A DNA stretch of 63,821 bases, filler included, from Rhabdomonas costata (lineage: Eukaryota): NCBI GenBank assembly GCA_019059605.1. It is 28 parts of 28 records of this genome, joined end to end, with 100 filler letters (N's around TTAATTAATTAA, not from the genome) between each part and the next. Parts side by side here need not be neighbours in the genome. Positions count along the whole stretch, not along the records: positions 25,117 to 27,298 come from JAHMHO010005017.1; positions 27,399 to 29,580 come from JAHMHO010005018.1; positions 29,681 to 31,863 come from JAHMHO010005019.1; positions 31,964 to 34,145 come from JAHMHO010005020.1; positions 34,246 to 36,462 come from JAHMHO010005021.1; positions 36,563 to 38,744 come from JAHMHO010005022.1; positions 38,845 to 41,026 come from JAHMHO010005023.1; 21 more parts are not named here. One strand, written 5' to 3'. Numbering within the stretch: position 1 is the first letter of the stretch; every line of letters begins with the position of its first letter. The translations under genes were made by a program, and so were the position numbers. A model generated the notes under the pieces. The model ran no database searches, was not told the DNA's origin, and saw nothing but the letters and a program-made list of their open reading frames with translations. Shown piece by piece: positions 27,124 to 39,311 of the stretch.

Positions 27124-28321
27124 GTTTCCTGCTTTTTTGTCAATGAATGGAAGCGTTCTGTCTGATTGTTTTTCCAGTGCAGGCACTGTGCACATATCGC
27201 TACCGTCTATACTTGAGTGTACGATATTAAACCCATTATCGCTGTATTTTTCCTACCATCTTATGAAGAATCGTTCCCCTAAAGGGTCACCACACAAANN
27301 NNNNNNNNNNNNNNNNNNNNNNNNNNNNNNNNNNNNNNNNNNTTAATTAATTAANNNNNNNNNNNNNNNNNNNNNNNNNNNNNNNNNNNNNNNNNNNNGT
27401 GGAGGCTCCTCGACAGGAGACACAGAAAATGGCCCAAGCTCGTAGATTGAACCTCTGATGGTGTTGAAAGGGTTGTGTGAGGGATGTGGTTATGGTTGTG
27501 GGTACCTATCATCTCCCCGCGGCTTTTTGCGAGTTGTTTGGCTCGCGGCCACGGGTTAGGAGGGAGAGAGTTTTGGTGCCTAGCCACGCGCCCGTTGCTG
27601 GGTTGGCGTGTTTGTAATTGCACGCACGCTCTCAATAACCCTCTTCCTCCGGGTTTTTCGTATATCCCGACGTTTCTCTTCACACGTTTTTATATACGTG
27701 AGAGCTGCCGAGCGCACTTTGTGCTAGGAGGCTTTCTTCCTGTGCCCGTGACTACATCTTCTGCCGTGCGTGTGCTGGTTACCCCCAGCCCCTCAAAAGC
27801 CACACTCAATTGCGAAAAATACTTCGTTGTGATGCTGGACGGACTGCGTTGATCTGCATTCCGAGTGACACTCGGCGTTCTTCCTGCGTCCTCGCTGGCG
27901 AGCACGTGTTCTTCTTATCCGTTGAGAGAGCTTTGTCTTGGGCTCGTCATATGACGTGCCAGACGTTGGAAAAAATATTTTTACTGATCACGGAGATCTG
28001 GTAGACAGAAAGTGAAGCTACGGAAAAGTAGTGCGGAAGTCTATAAGTGGGTGCGTCTCAAGCAAAGGACGAACAAAAACGAGTGGGAGCGGATGTTTTC
28101 CTGCCTCCCGAAGGTGCAAGAATGGCCCCTTTCTGACTTTTTCAGCCATTGTCAGCCACCGTGCATACTGTTTTCTTCTTTTTTCTACAATTTTTCATCT
28201 CATCAACATCAGAGTCTTTGTCTGCTGATTCTTTTTATATATCCTTTGTTCGCTTGAATAACCCGCGACCTGTTGGCACGTCGTTGCACGTTTATTCGGC
28301 TGTGCTGTAATAGGTTTGGGA

Positions 28322-29431
28322 ATGTGGCGCCTTGGAACGGCCCTGCGCGTCGCGGCGTGCCGCTGCAGAACTACCCGCCGTGACGTGCCATGGGGGGTCC
28401 TTGGTGTTGGCCATCGCGTCTACTCCACGGCTCCTCCGGACTCCGTGTTGGGAGCTTGTGTAGGTGTGCCCCAGAACTTTGTGTTCCCCACAGAACAGGA
28501 GCCGGGACCCTGTTTTGTTTTGCTCTTTTGGCTGTGCCCTCTCTGAGTCTGAGCGGCAATGTGGCAGTCCTTTTTTTGGCTGGATTTCACCTGCTACGGC
28601 GGGCTCAATTTTCTTGAGAACTGACGATCAAGTCTGTCGTAGAAACCATGTGTGTGTCCTCCCTCTTGTGTGGTGTTTGGAATGTGCTTCCCGGGCGCAG
28701 CCCCTGGTGCTGAGTTCCCCTCCGCCACAGCTCGCTCGCTGTGGCAGTGGTATGCCGCGGAGGGGAAGTCCAAGGGGAAGGCCGCGGTGCCCTCCGCCCT
28801 GGCCACGCTGTCCTCCACCCTCACCCCAGCCAGCGCGGAGGTTCCGAAGAAGGTGCAGGAGATGCTGCCCGCTGTGAAGGAGCTGGGCTCCGAGCAGGCC
28901 GTGGCAGTTAGGCAGGGCCTGCGGTCCACCGCGGAGCGGTGGTTCGAGCAGGTCCGTGGGACGGGGTGGCACCGAATAGCGCCAAGTGCGGTGAGATATG
29001 TCTGTGTCCTGTGTTTCTGAATTTTTGGCATTCGTATCTTTCCGAGCAGGTTTATGCTTCTTGCTGCTACACGCCAGACATTATCTGCGATGCTTCGCCC
29101 CATAAGAAATGGACAGCATACGTGCCCACAAACGCTTGCGAGGGGCCCAGGCAAAGTTACGTGTGCACGGGCACTGAGACACCACCCGACCGTAAGACGC
29201 GTTTAGCTTCTGCTGAAGACCAAAATTTGGGCTAGTTCATGGCTGTTCACCGGTGGGGGGAAAACTGGGTCTCTTGGGTGAAAGGTGCTTGCTCTTCCTG
29301 GAGGCCTGAACTTCTTGCTGGACCTTCGGGACGACCTCGTGGCGCTGAAGCCGAAGGACATAGCCGACCCTAAGGCCGCGGCTGCAGTTCAGGGCCTGCA
29401 GAGGCAGCTGACGGCCTTCTTGGTGGGGTGG
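28322..29431 (+). CDS. MLYCD: Malonyl-CoA decarboxylase, N-terminal part with mitochondrial presequence
   Basis: Exons 28322-28463, 28701-28951, 29285-~29431, in phase. Arg-rich MWRLGTALRVAACRCR leader; WFEQ|VLALPGGLNFLLDLRDDL...LTAFLVGW resembles the MCD N-terminal GGxxFLxxLRxDL...W motif. Confidence 0.72.
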
Positions 29432-30229
29432 GTCCACGGGGGTCTGGCGCCAGCTTTTATCTGCTTCTTCTTTTTTCGCCCTATGTTTTGACAATTTCGA
29501 TGGAGTTCCTACTGTATACTGGACTGTCAGAACACAGTCCAATCTCGAGCGATTCATTATGCATATTGTCCCAAAAAACANNNNNNNNNNNNNNNNNNNN
29601 NNNNNNNNNNNNNNNNNNNNNNNNTTAATTAATTAANNNNNNNNNNNNNNNNNNNNNNNNNNNNNNNNNNNNNNNNNNNNGTTATCCACAAGTGGGTAAG
29701 TGAAGTGGAGCGTGTTATCAGACGGGCAGGAGACAAGTTTTTGATGCTTTGTCATGTGTGTTTGTAGCTTTGTTTTCCCTTTCAGGAGCAAGGAACAACT
29801 CGCCTAACTTGCAAGAATAAGCAGCGCCGACTTTCACTAATCCGAAAGAAATCAGTGGAAATGTGGTGAAACAAGGAAGGAGTCAACGTCATCAAACGTT
29901 TGACGTGGGACGAGGGACAACGAGGAAGGCTAACAGAACAGCCGAAGGAGGGAATGGGCTGCTTCTCGAAATGCCAAAAAAAGAGACAAAAGGAAGAAAC
30001 TTTTGGCTGCCAAAATGACAAACAGAGTATGAAGTCGCCGTAAAAAAAAAACAACGCTGATCACTGAAGGGCTTGCTGCTAAAAGAGCCCGAGCTCTTTT
30101 TTCTTAGCTTGTTGCTTCCAAAGAGGCAGGGCTTCGAAAGCCAGCAGACTGCAGCCGAATAACTCCTAAATGGAATTGGAATTCAAAACAAAACCACACA
30201 AAAAGGCAGCACTTTCATTGTCGGGCTTT

Positions 30230-31440
30230 GTTCAAACTGGATGGGGTTAGTGAGGGCGATTCAAATGTTAACTATTCGAGCCTCGGAGAGGGGAGGCTGG
30301 GATTCTCATGTGAAGCAAAGCAAAGCAAAAGCAAAGCAAAAGGAGGTCGGTGGCCACGGAACCGCATCCCCCTGGGAAAGGACTTTATTGGGGGAACAGC
30401 CGGTCCAGCACCTCACGGGAAGTGTAAGGGGGGGCGCCGTCTTACTGAAACCAGAGCTGGCGCCGTGGGTTATGCTTGCGGCGTGAAGAACGGACCAAAA
30501 AGCCCAGCATGTCCCTGTACCGGGCTCCAGTCACAGTTACGGCCCTGCCACGGGACAGGAAGAAGTAGGGGCCAATTATTCCTCGGGAGGACAGACCACA
30601 CCACACAGTAATGTGGGGCGATTGCTGTTCCTGCTCCACGAGGGTGTGGGGATTCTCAGTCCCCCAAATTTGGCATGCCCGTTTAATGAATGATTGCGTT
30701 CCGCAGTTCCGAGACAGACTTCAAGGGCTGGGCTCAATGCGGCAAAGACGAAACTTATTTGACGTATTTCGGTAAATTTGGAGTTTGCTTTGCCAAGGTC
30801 AAACATTCAGGACGTCTGGAAAGATTGCACCGAACTAACTTGTTCCAAACTTGCACGGCCAACCGAGAAAGGGTTCTTTGTTTTTTGTTTTCCGTTTGGA
30901 TTTCAGAGCTGGAGAGAGGCTGGCATTTCCTATCTGAGGTACCTGTCCATCGCGACAAAAAGCCTTCACAATGTTCAGAAGGACGGCCCCTTGCTTCAAA
31001 AGAACCTGCGGTTCAGCACGGTTGGGTGGGTCAGTCTGCAGCCCGACCCGATGGGAGGGACAAAAGAAATTACATGTATGTTTCGCCCCAGTTTTGCTGT
31101 TTTTGTTGTGCTGGGAAGTGTGATTCCGACAGTTCGACTGTTTTGCATTTATGCAGTGATTCCGGCAACGCTGGACAAGATTCCGGAGACTCTTGTGAAG
31201 AGGCACGAGATCACGGCCTAGTGAACTCGCAACGTTTTCAAGAATATATAGCACATATCAAGCTCGGCTGCGCGGCACTGTTGTGAGGTTCACTGGTGAA
31301 CTGCGGTGTGTTTGATGACTTTTTCAGATCCACCTTGAGGTGACTTTTGTTTATGTGCACCGGAGTTTTAGGGAATTTCGATGACAACTGTAAAGGGCAA
31401 TGTGGAGCACCAAAGTCGTAGATAGTCGCAGACATCGATT
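30230..31440 (-). mobile_element. Degenerate Tc1/mariner-superfamily transposase
   Basis: Across frameshifts: WGTENPH...SPHITVWCGLSSRGIIGPYFF...TVTGARYRDML...WFQ*DGAPP...PWPPTS. The outer limits are approximate. Confidence 0.85.
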
Positions 31441-33582
31441 TTTCGATAACCTTTTAAGCTTTCTCTAACGTTAAGAATTCGACAATCACCGAGGCCAGTG
31501 CGGGCCGGACATCCAGCTGGAAAATTCATCTAGTGAACCCCTCCGTTATGTTTGACATTTGCAGCCCCCGTCTTGACCGCATGCTCGATCCCAAGCGCAA
31601 CAGCACTTTTTTGGCATTAAAACCGGGCAGTTTAGAGGAAGTTTGCCCAGACAACTCCGCAGTAGCAATGGCGTCCTGACGTCTCTTTGGTCCGTCCGTT
31701 GAAAAGTTTCACCGGCGCGCCTAACTTCCAAGGGCGAACGAAAAAAACAAATGGGAGCATGCAAAAAAAAAAGCGACTTTCCAGCCGCAATTCAAACTCA
31801 CAATTAGGAGCCAACCAATCTGGAAGAAAAGGCACACCCACCCACAAGGGAACACACCCAACCNNNNNNNNNNNNNNNNNNNNNNNNNNNNNNNNNNNNN
31901 NNNNNNNTTAATTAATTAANNNNNNNNNNNNNNNNNNNNNNNNNNNNNNNNNNNNNNNNNNNNGTGTTTGGGGTGTGTGGTCAGGGGAAAATGCATACGT
32001 GTGAATGCAGTGCACACTTCGGGTGCATGTCGTATTGATGCAGTGGTGCACGCGTGAGGAGTAGCAATTTTTCGACCCCAATGTGTGTGTATTCGCTGAG
32101 CGACGGGGCCGCGTGCGCAGGAGAATGCGGCGGAGGGTGAGGAAAATCTGACGCACCGCGACCGACACGCTGTATCAAACGGGTGTAGCAGCGGTTGTTC
32201 CAGGCCATCTCCGCTAGCGTCCCGCGCCTCATCACCACCCCCCGCAGCACGTTCGCCCGCACGCTGTTTTTGTTCATACGGAAAGTGGGACGCACCAAAG
32301 AGAGCACTTCCCGTACTCGGACTCGGAGCGTTGTTCACATTGGTGGGGCAAAAAAATCTGAGCGTTGTTCAGATTTTTTTTTGCCCCAAAGTCACAAAAT
32401 TCACAAATTCACAAAATTTCACACACACAAAAAAGGGAAAAGCAATTTGGTAGCCATTCATTCGTTCTAAAAATCATGTTTCGTCCCTTTTACTATGAGA
32501 GATTAGTTTTTCTACAGCTCTGTCCTGCAGGCAGCCTGGACCTTTGCACATCCATAAATGACACAATTTTACAAGGTCTTGCGCAGCAAATCGAAAAAGA
32601 GTTGTGTCGGTAAGGATTCAACAAAGGCAGATTTTCGACGATCTGTGCGTATGACTCACGGACAGCTGTGATCTGCTTCTTCGCCTCTGTGCATGTTTGT
32701 GCGATTAAACGTAAAGACGGGGAATTGTGCGTGAAAAGAAAAGCTGTCCCTGCCATTACACGCGTACAGCCGGTGAGCGCTCGCACGGAGGTCCTCAAGT
32801 GTTGCGGCCAGGTGCAGGCTCGCCAGACGACAGGCAAGGGCTCTCCGCCTGCCCCATGGACCATACCAATACAGCTAGACTGCCATGAAAGTTGAATACT
32901 CCTTTTGGTTGCCGTCAGTATTGACATCAATGCCACCATCCATTATTGCTGGGAAATGACCTGCCAACGTGTTCTCGATTCCCCTTCACCAGAATAACGC
33001 CACACTAGAAGCTTGACAGGGCGATAAAAGGAGAGGGGACATTGAGCCCCACGGTGTAAACACCCGGAGGAAAGGTTTTGGGAAAAAAGCCTTCGTGGGA
33101 GGCAAAAAAAATACACTGGTTAGGAAACAAGGGCCAAGAGTATTGATGTGGTCATTTTTTCCTTCAGCGAAGAGAAATTCCAAGCACAAAGTGAAATGAA
33201 AACATCTCTATCTCTGATATGTATCGACGAGCTAAAAAGGAGAAGAATGCGTTCAAGCGGCGGGCTTTCAAACCACTCCTCCAAGACGAAAGACAGAAGC
33301 AGGTAATCCCAGGCATACAACGTAGGCTTCCTGAGTGACTAGGTGCTGACGGAAAAGCGCTTACTCACCGTTCTGTTCTGCTGACGCACTGGACTGGCGG
33401 AGAACGGCTGACATCACATACGGGTGAGAGCAACCACCACAGCAAAAAAAGGCCCATAGCATCACCTCACGCATGCACATATACACATACAGACGGAGAT
33501 TGCCTAAGGCCGAGCGCTGGGTGATGAAGGGCGACAGGGGCATACAATCTGATGTGGCAGGGTGGCAGGGCGCGCCGCACGT

Positions 33583-33650
33583 ACTTCCACCACTGCCTCT
33601 GGATCACCGTCGCGCAGCGGTTCCTAAGCAGCTGCTCCGCGCTAACTTCC
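33583..33650 (-). CDS. Isolated exon with an IQ calmodulin-binding motif
   Basis: CAG acceptor, then EVSAEQLLRNRCATVIQRQWW, then a GTACGT donor. Confidence 0.45.
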
Positions 33651-34248
33651 CTGCGGGAAAAATGAGCGTACTTCGCACTCAAACAGCAGAAACACACACT
33701 TCCTCACTCACTCACCCACTCCTGCCACCAACGCGCGGAGGCGCTGTTGGAATAAGAATAAAGGGTAGTATACGCAGAGATGCTGCAAGTGTGTCAGAAG
33801 CGGGCAGCGGAGGGGGGAGGGGCATGCCTCCAAGCGTATTTTTGGCGATGAGTGACCAACTTTCGGGCAACGCAGCAGCGGCAAAAGCGCTGCACACAGC
33901 AGGCGTTGATACGTTGAACCTGTGCACAGCCCACACGAAGATAGCCTCAACAACCTGTGTCACTGGAGGCATTCGGGGCAACCGGGGCGTTCCCCAAGGC
34001 AACCACTGCAGAGGCAGAGAGACCTTACTTACCGCTATCACATGGCGTCCTACACTGTGCAAAAAGGCATAAAAACCAAGCCCTTGAAAGAGCAACACCG
34101 CGAGCTTCTCCCAAAATCATCCCTCCCTCCCCACCCCCTCTCCAANNNNNNNNNNNNNNNNNNNNNNNNNNNNNNNNNNNNNNNNNNNNTTAATTAATTA
34201 ANNNNNNNNNNNNNNNNNNNNNNNNNNNNNNNNNNNNNNNNNNNNGGT

Positions 34249-34699
34249 TGGGTGTGTGCAATGCCTTTTCCCGGAAGTTTGAGCTATGAGGACTTCAATT
34301 GTGCTGTGAGGAAAGCATCCAGGGAATCAGCTGCTGTTCAGTCCTTATAGCTGACTCCCTGTATACCTCTCCTTCTTGGTTTCTCTTGAATTCTAGCACA
34401 ATTAATTATCAATCATCAAGATTATGTCACCTCCTTGCATCCACGGGCACAGTTTGTACCTGGACTTAATCCGGCCTCCCGCAGATTTCACACACAGGCA
34501 CACACAGGCTCCCTCACGGACACGCACTACTTTACCAGAATCCGGAAAAGGGGGTCGAATGTGCCCTGTAAAGACTGTAAAGAGGTGGTATGGGTGTGTG
34601 CAATGCCTTTTCCCGGAAGTTTGAGCTATGAGGACTTCAATTGTGCTGTGAGGAAAGCATCCAGGGAATCAGCTGCTGTTCAGTCCTTATAGCTGACTC
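34249..34699. repeat. ~109-bp direct repeat pair (34249-34357 and 34591-34699), spacing 342 bp
   Basis: The two copies are near identical, differing in the length of one T run. Confidence 0.9.
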
Positions 34700-34723
34700 T
34701 GGGTCTGTCCTAAATACCAAATT

Positions 34724-34835
34724 CCCTAACCCTAACCCTAACCCTAACCCTAACCCTAACCCTAACCCTAACCCTAACCCTAACCCTAACCCTAACCCTA
34801 ACCCTAACCCTAACCCTAACCCTAACCCTAACCCT
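34724..34835. repeat. Telomere-type array (CCCTAA)18, internal to the contig
   Basis: Perfect hexamers from 34724 to 34831 followed by CCCT. Confidence 0.97.
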
Positions 34836-35026
34836 CCCCTTCGTCACCAACCCAATAGGCATGACCACTCGTCTCCCAGCCATACCACATACCAATACCA
34901 CCAGAGGTCGATGTTAGCCCTATTGTAACGTTATGCATACTACCATTACGCGTGAGGATGACGCCACCATAACATCAGCCTGTGTGATGCCATCGTCTTG
35001 CCCCTGCCGTGCTTTTCTCCTCTCAG

Positions 35027-36090
35027 TCATGCCCTTGTACTGCGTCCTCCCCGGTGTGGTGCCGCCGGGTTACTCCTACAGCGGCACCGGCTGTGGCCCT
35101 GGGTACGTCCTCAGCGACAGCTGCACGGGGCTGTCCTGCGCCGACAACTTCAACGGCACCGCTGCCGTTAGTTGCCTGTATTCGTACGTGACGTTCACCC
35201 TCTCGGGCTGCTCGGGTAAGTGACCATTCCGTTTCCTTTCGTGGCCTGTGTGTGTGTGTGTGTGTGTGTGCAGGGATTCGGATAAAGACGAAAGGGATAA
35301 TGTGTCACAGGGATAATTTTTATGCATCCAAAAACCCCGGTAAACATTTTATGTTCCACCCAGTCGTTCCTGTCATAACGGAGAGCAGAAAGGCTGGTTC
35401 ACGCGAATCGGACGCTCCCTCTATTTAGAAAGTCTATTCAGGGAAATGCATGTATTCAGCTGAATAGTGGTTACAAATGTGGAGAGGGAGCATCGCTGGA
35501 GCTGGATAGGCCCTTGTGCCGGATTGCGGATGGCTGAAAGGTCCCCGGAAATCACTATTCAGCTGGAGACAAGTTCAATCGAAATGTTCAAGGATAGCAG
35601 AAGAATATGTGAACAACCGGAAGCAAGGGCTCAGTAGCAAAGAGCGGGCCAGACATTGCACCAAAGGTGCGTTGCACACGGAAACGTTAGGGTAACCCCC
35701 ACCCTCAGACACACACACACACACCACGACTAAACTTTTGAATGGTGCCACTGCTCAGTGCTTGAGTGGTGCCACTACTCTTGTGCGGAAATCCCCGAAA
35801 GGGCGTGCCCCCCAGCAACGTCCATCTCGCTTGGACAGCCACGCTGGTATAAAGTCCATCTCAGTTGCCCAGCTAGAAGGGCATTTGAGGGTTGCGTTAG
35901 AGGCGCAGTCGCTACACGCTCGCAGTGGTCTCCTGTGCGCTGTACTCGAGCTGCGACACCTGCTCCGTGGTTCCGGGCTGCGGGTGGTGCGGGGCCACCT
36001 CTACGTGCATGGCGGGGCAGGCATCCACCGGGCCGGACTCCGGGACGTGCAGCTTTGGGTGGGTCACCACCTCGCAGTGTGACTCCGGAG
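35027..36090 (+). CDS. Cys-rich surface protein with a PSI-like repeat, partial
   Basis: Exons ~35027-35215 (GTAAGT donor) and ~35926-36090: SCDTCSVVPGCGWCGATSTC (CxxC...CGWC PSI pattern). Confidence 0.65.
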
Positions 36091-36921
36091 CCAGTGGGCT
36101 GACAGGTTTGTCCGGCGCTGTACCTTTTTGTTGTCTCCAGCAGAAGTCGGAGTGCAACTGTAGCTTGGCTGTCACAACTGTTTGTCCCCTGACGTTCATT
36201 TTCTTTTTCTTGCCGTTGAAATCACCCTACAAACCGCCGGGTTGTCTCCAGACGAGGACCCTTCCACAAGCGAAACACGACCGAAAGGGGCCGCGTCTGC
36301 CTTTTGAACCGTGAAGTGAGTGGGGTTGGGAGCATTGGGCAAAGCGATCTGGAAGCATAATTGTTGTCACTGGGATTTATTTGTACCTGCGTTTTGCTCA
36401 AGCTACCGGCTCCATTATTGCTATCCTTATCCCTTTTCTCACTCTCATCTCTCTACCCACACNNNNNNNNNNNNNNNNNNNNNNNNNNNNNNNNNNNNNN
36501 NNNNNNTTAATTAATTAANNNNNNNNNNNNNNNNNNNNNNNNNNNNNNNNNNNNNNNNNNNNGGTTTTTGGGGAGCAAGTTTCCGAATACACACAGAATC
36601 TTTTTTCAGAAATGAGGGCCCATCATAGAGGTGGTGACTCCCCCCTCCGGGCCTTTGTTTTTTGTCACCAGGTCTGAGCCGGTAGCCAGAAGAGAGAGAG
36701 GCGCTGCTCCAGCCGAGACCACACAGGGAACCTCTCGTACGTGCCGGGAGTCGCTATGTTCTGACAACGGAGAGGAGAAGCAAACAAGAACAATGCGAGC
36801 CGCAGCCTGGGGGGAGGGAGGGAGAGAGAGAGCTTGCCCATGAATCAAGGCACACAGAATCAAGGCAGAATGACGACAAAAACAGAAAACATTTCAAGGC
36901 GTTCCAAGAGGCTAGTCAAAC

Positions 36922-38378
36922 CTGTCTCTTGGCTTCGGCCTTGGCCAGCGCCTCCTTCCGGTTTCGAAGCAGCAGCTCCTGAGCAGCTCGGGACCCGCTG
37001 TGGGCCAGCATCTCGGCCTGTACCTGTTGCACCCGCTTCTCCAGCGTGGTCGTCTTATTGGCCTGTCACCCATTAAACCCAAACACCGGAAGCGTAACAA
37101 TGCCGAACCAGTGCGGGATAGAATCGGTTTCGGCACATCCAAACAACCAGTTTCGTACGAGGTAGCTTGTGTCTGGGGGCAGCAAGCTGATCAGAAGCAT
37201 ACGCCCTCTGGCAATTTTTGAAAGCGACTGTCCCTCTAATACTTTACACTTCCGCCAGGACATACCACGGCAGTTTCATGCTTGGACTGGATGGTCTGCT
37301 GCAGCATGGCCTCTTTCTCTTCCTGTTGCGTGCGCGAGAAAAAAAGCAAGCGCAAAAACAGCAGCCCAAGGAATACTGACCGTGTTGCATTAAATCAGCA
37401 CTTTTCGAAACGCACGGGTCGTCAGATCGACAGCTATGCAAACATTCACACCTTCGCCCCATAAATTGAACATCACAAACTGATGTTCGGTACCAAAGAA
37501 AAAGCAGAAAAAAAACTATGTCCAGAACTCAACACCAACAAGCCCACCCAGCTCTGAACTCCAAACATTATAAGAGATGCTGTCCCAGGTACACCTCCAG
37601 TCTTTGGCAGGTCTCCACTTTCTCCTGAGCACGCCGGAGTTTCTCGCGGTTCTGCGCAGCGTTCTCTTCAATGGCCTCCAGGTGCTTCTCGGTGAAGTTG
37701 TTCACCCGCGCTTCCTTCTTCGCCAGCTGCTTCTGTGATGGAAAAGTTACGTTTGCACCAACCAAATCAAGAACGCAATACATGCACAGTCACTTCACGT
37801 TTAGTTGAAACGACGGCTTTGACACATGCAAAATCGGTGGTCTTCCAGACTGATGATGTCCAGCGGCGGAGAAATATCAATACGTGCTGTGGATGATAAT
37901 CAATGTATCCAACGACCTGATGAAGGAACGGGCAGACGAATGGGCGAATGAAGTTCTGGACAGGAGCACGGGTGTGCCACCACCTGAATCTGGAGCAGGG
38001 GGTTGTTGTGCAGGGTCATGCAGGTCTCCAGGGTGCGCTGCTGGTGGTTCAGACGCGACTTGCTGTCCGCGCGAAGCTTCTCCTGCTTCTCCGAAGCGCT
38101 CTGTGTGTGAGGGCCCACAAAAGGAATAAAAAATACTGAATTGGGTGTAAGTGAATGGATACCCCTCTACTGCACTTATACACGTAATAGTAATACCTGA
38201 GACACACAGTCTGGGAAGGGCTCGGGAGACGGGATGAAAACAGTAATGCCACTAAAGACCTTGCGCAGACGCTTCTCCGCCTGCTCCTCCGCCGTCAGCA
38301 CCTTCTTCAACAGCGCCTCGGTGCGCTGCGCGTCGCTCTCCCACTTCTGGTGCAACCTGGCGCGCGTCTCATTCGCCG
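36922..38378 (-). CDS. Coiled-coil protein, partial, 4 exons
   Basis: Exons 38378-38260, 38100-37984, 37732-37595, 37062-36922, phase-0 GT-AG joins; E/K/R/Q/A/L-rich helical sequence. Confidence 0.7.
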
Positions 38379-39311
38379 CTGAGTTCCCAAAGCCCACCCC
38401 AAACACATGCCAGGTCACCATTCCCATTCGCAGTGCGCCCACCAAGTGAAAACCGATACACCACGAATCATCATCAAATATAAACTAAGCTGTAAGCAAT
38501 AGATCGGGGAAGTAATACGGTTCATAAAGAGGGCAACGCCGAAGCAGGCATGGGGTCTCTTGTACAGCAGCGTGGCGCGTCCTTGGGGTCAGGGTTTCCT
38601 GACCTTTCACCCTGGGCGACCCTGGGTGACCCTTGGCGGCTCTTTCTTATCCCTTTTGCAACGCTTCTTACTCCACATAGTCGAGGGTTTAACAGCAGCA
38701 CCCACAACGAGTTTTATATAGAACACCAACACCTAACCACCCCCNNNNNNNNNNNNNNNNNNNNNNNNNNNNNNNNNNNNNNNNNNNNTTAATTAATTAA
38801 NNNNNNNNNNNNNNNNNNNNNNNNNNNNNNNNNNNNNNNNNNNNTTTCGTACTCTCTCCGGTGACGTTCTCCTTTTGGTATGGGTGTCTGGGGCAGTGCA
38901 TAGGTTTCTCCTTGCTGCCTCCTCGCTTGGCGTGGGATGTGGGAGTTTCCCACAGTGTTTTTTATTTCTCTCCGCAGCTCGCTCAGTTTGTTTTGTCTGC
39001 TGCTTCATCTGCCCCAGTGTGTTCACCAATGCACCAGGTGTATTCAAACCAGTTTGACAGTTTTCGATTCGGGATCTTCTGGCACATGCACTTTTTTCGC
39101 ATGCAATTGTTCCTGTGCGACCATTGGGAATTGATGAAGCCCTAATTCCTCGACATTCCAATTCGCTTCTTTTTTATTTTGTGCCTGTGCCTTCTCAAGT
39201 ATCTCACGGTGGATGCAACTGCTTTGACCCTCGGACCGGTGGCTTTGCAGCGCTTGCGAGAGTTCGTGCAGTGAATTAGTGGTTTCTTGTTGGCCTTGGC
39301 GTGGGATGCAG

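Noticed and set aside
34641-34928. ORFs with (PN)n or (VR)n repeats
   Set aside because: They are translations of the telomeric array.
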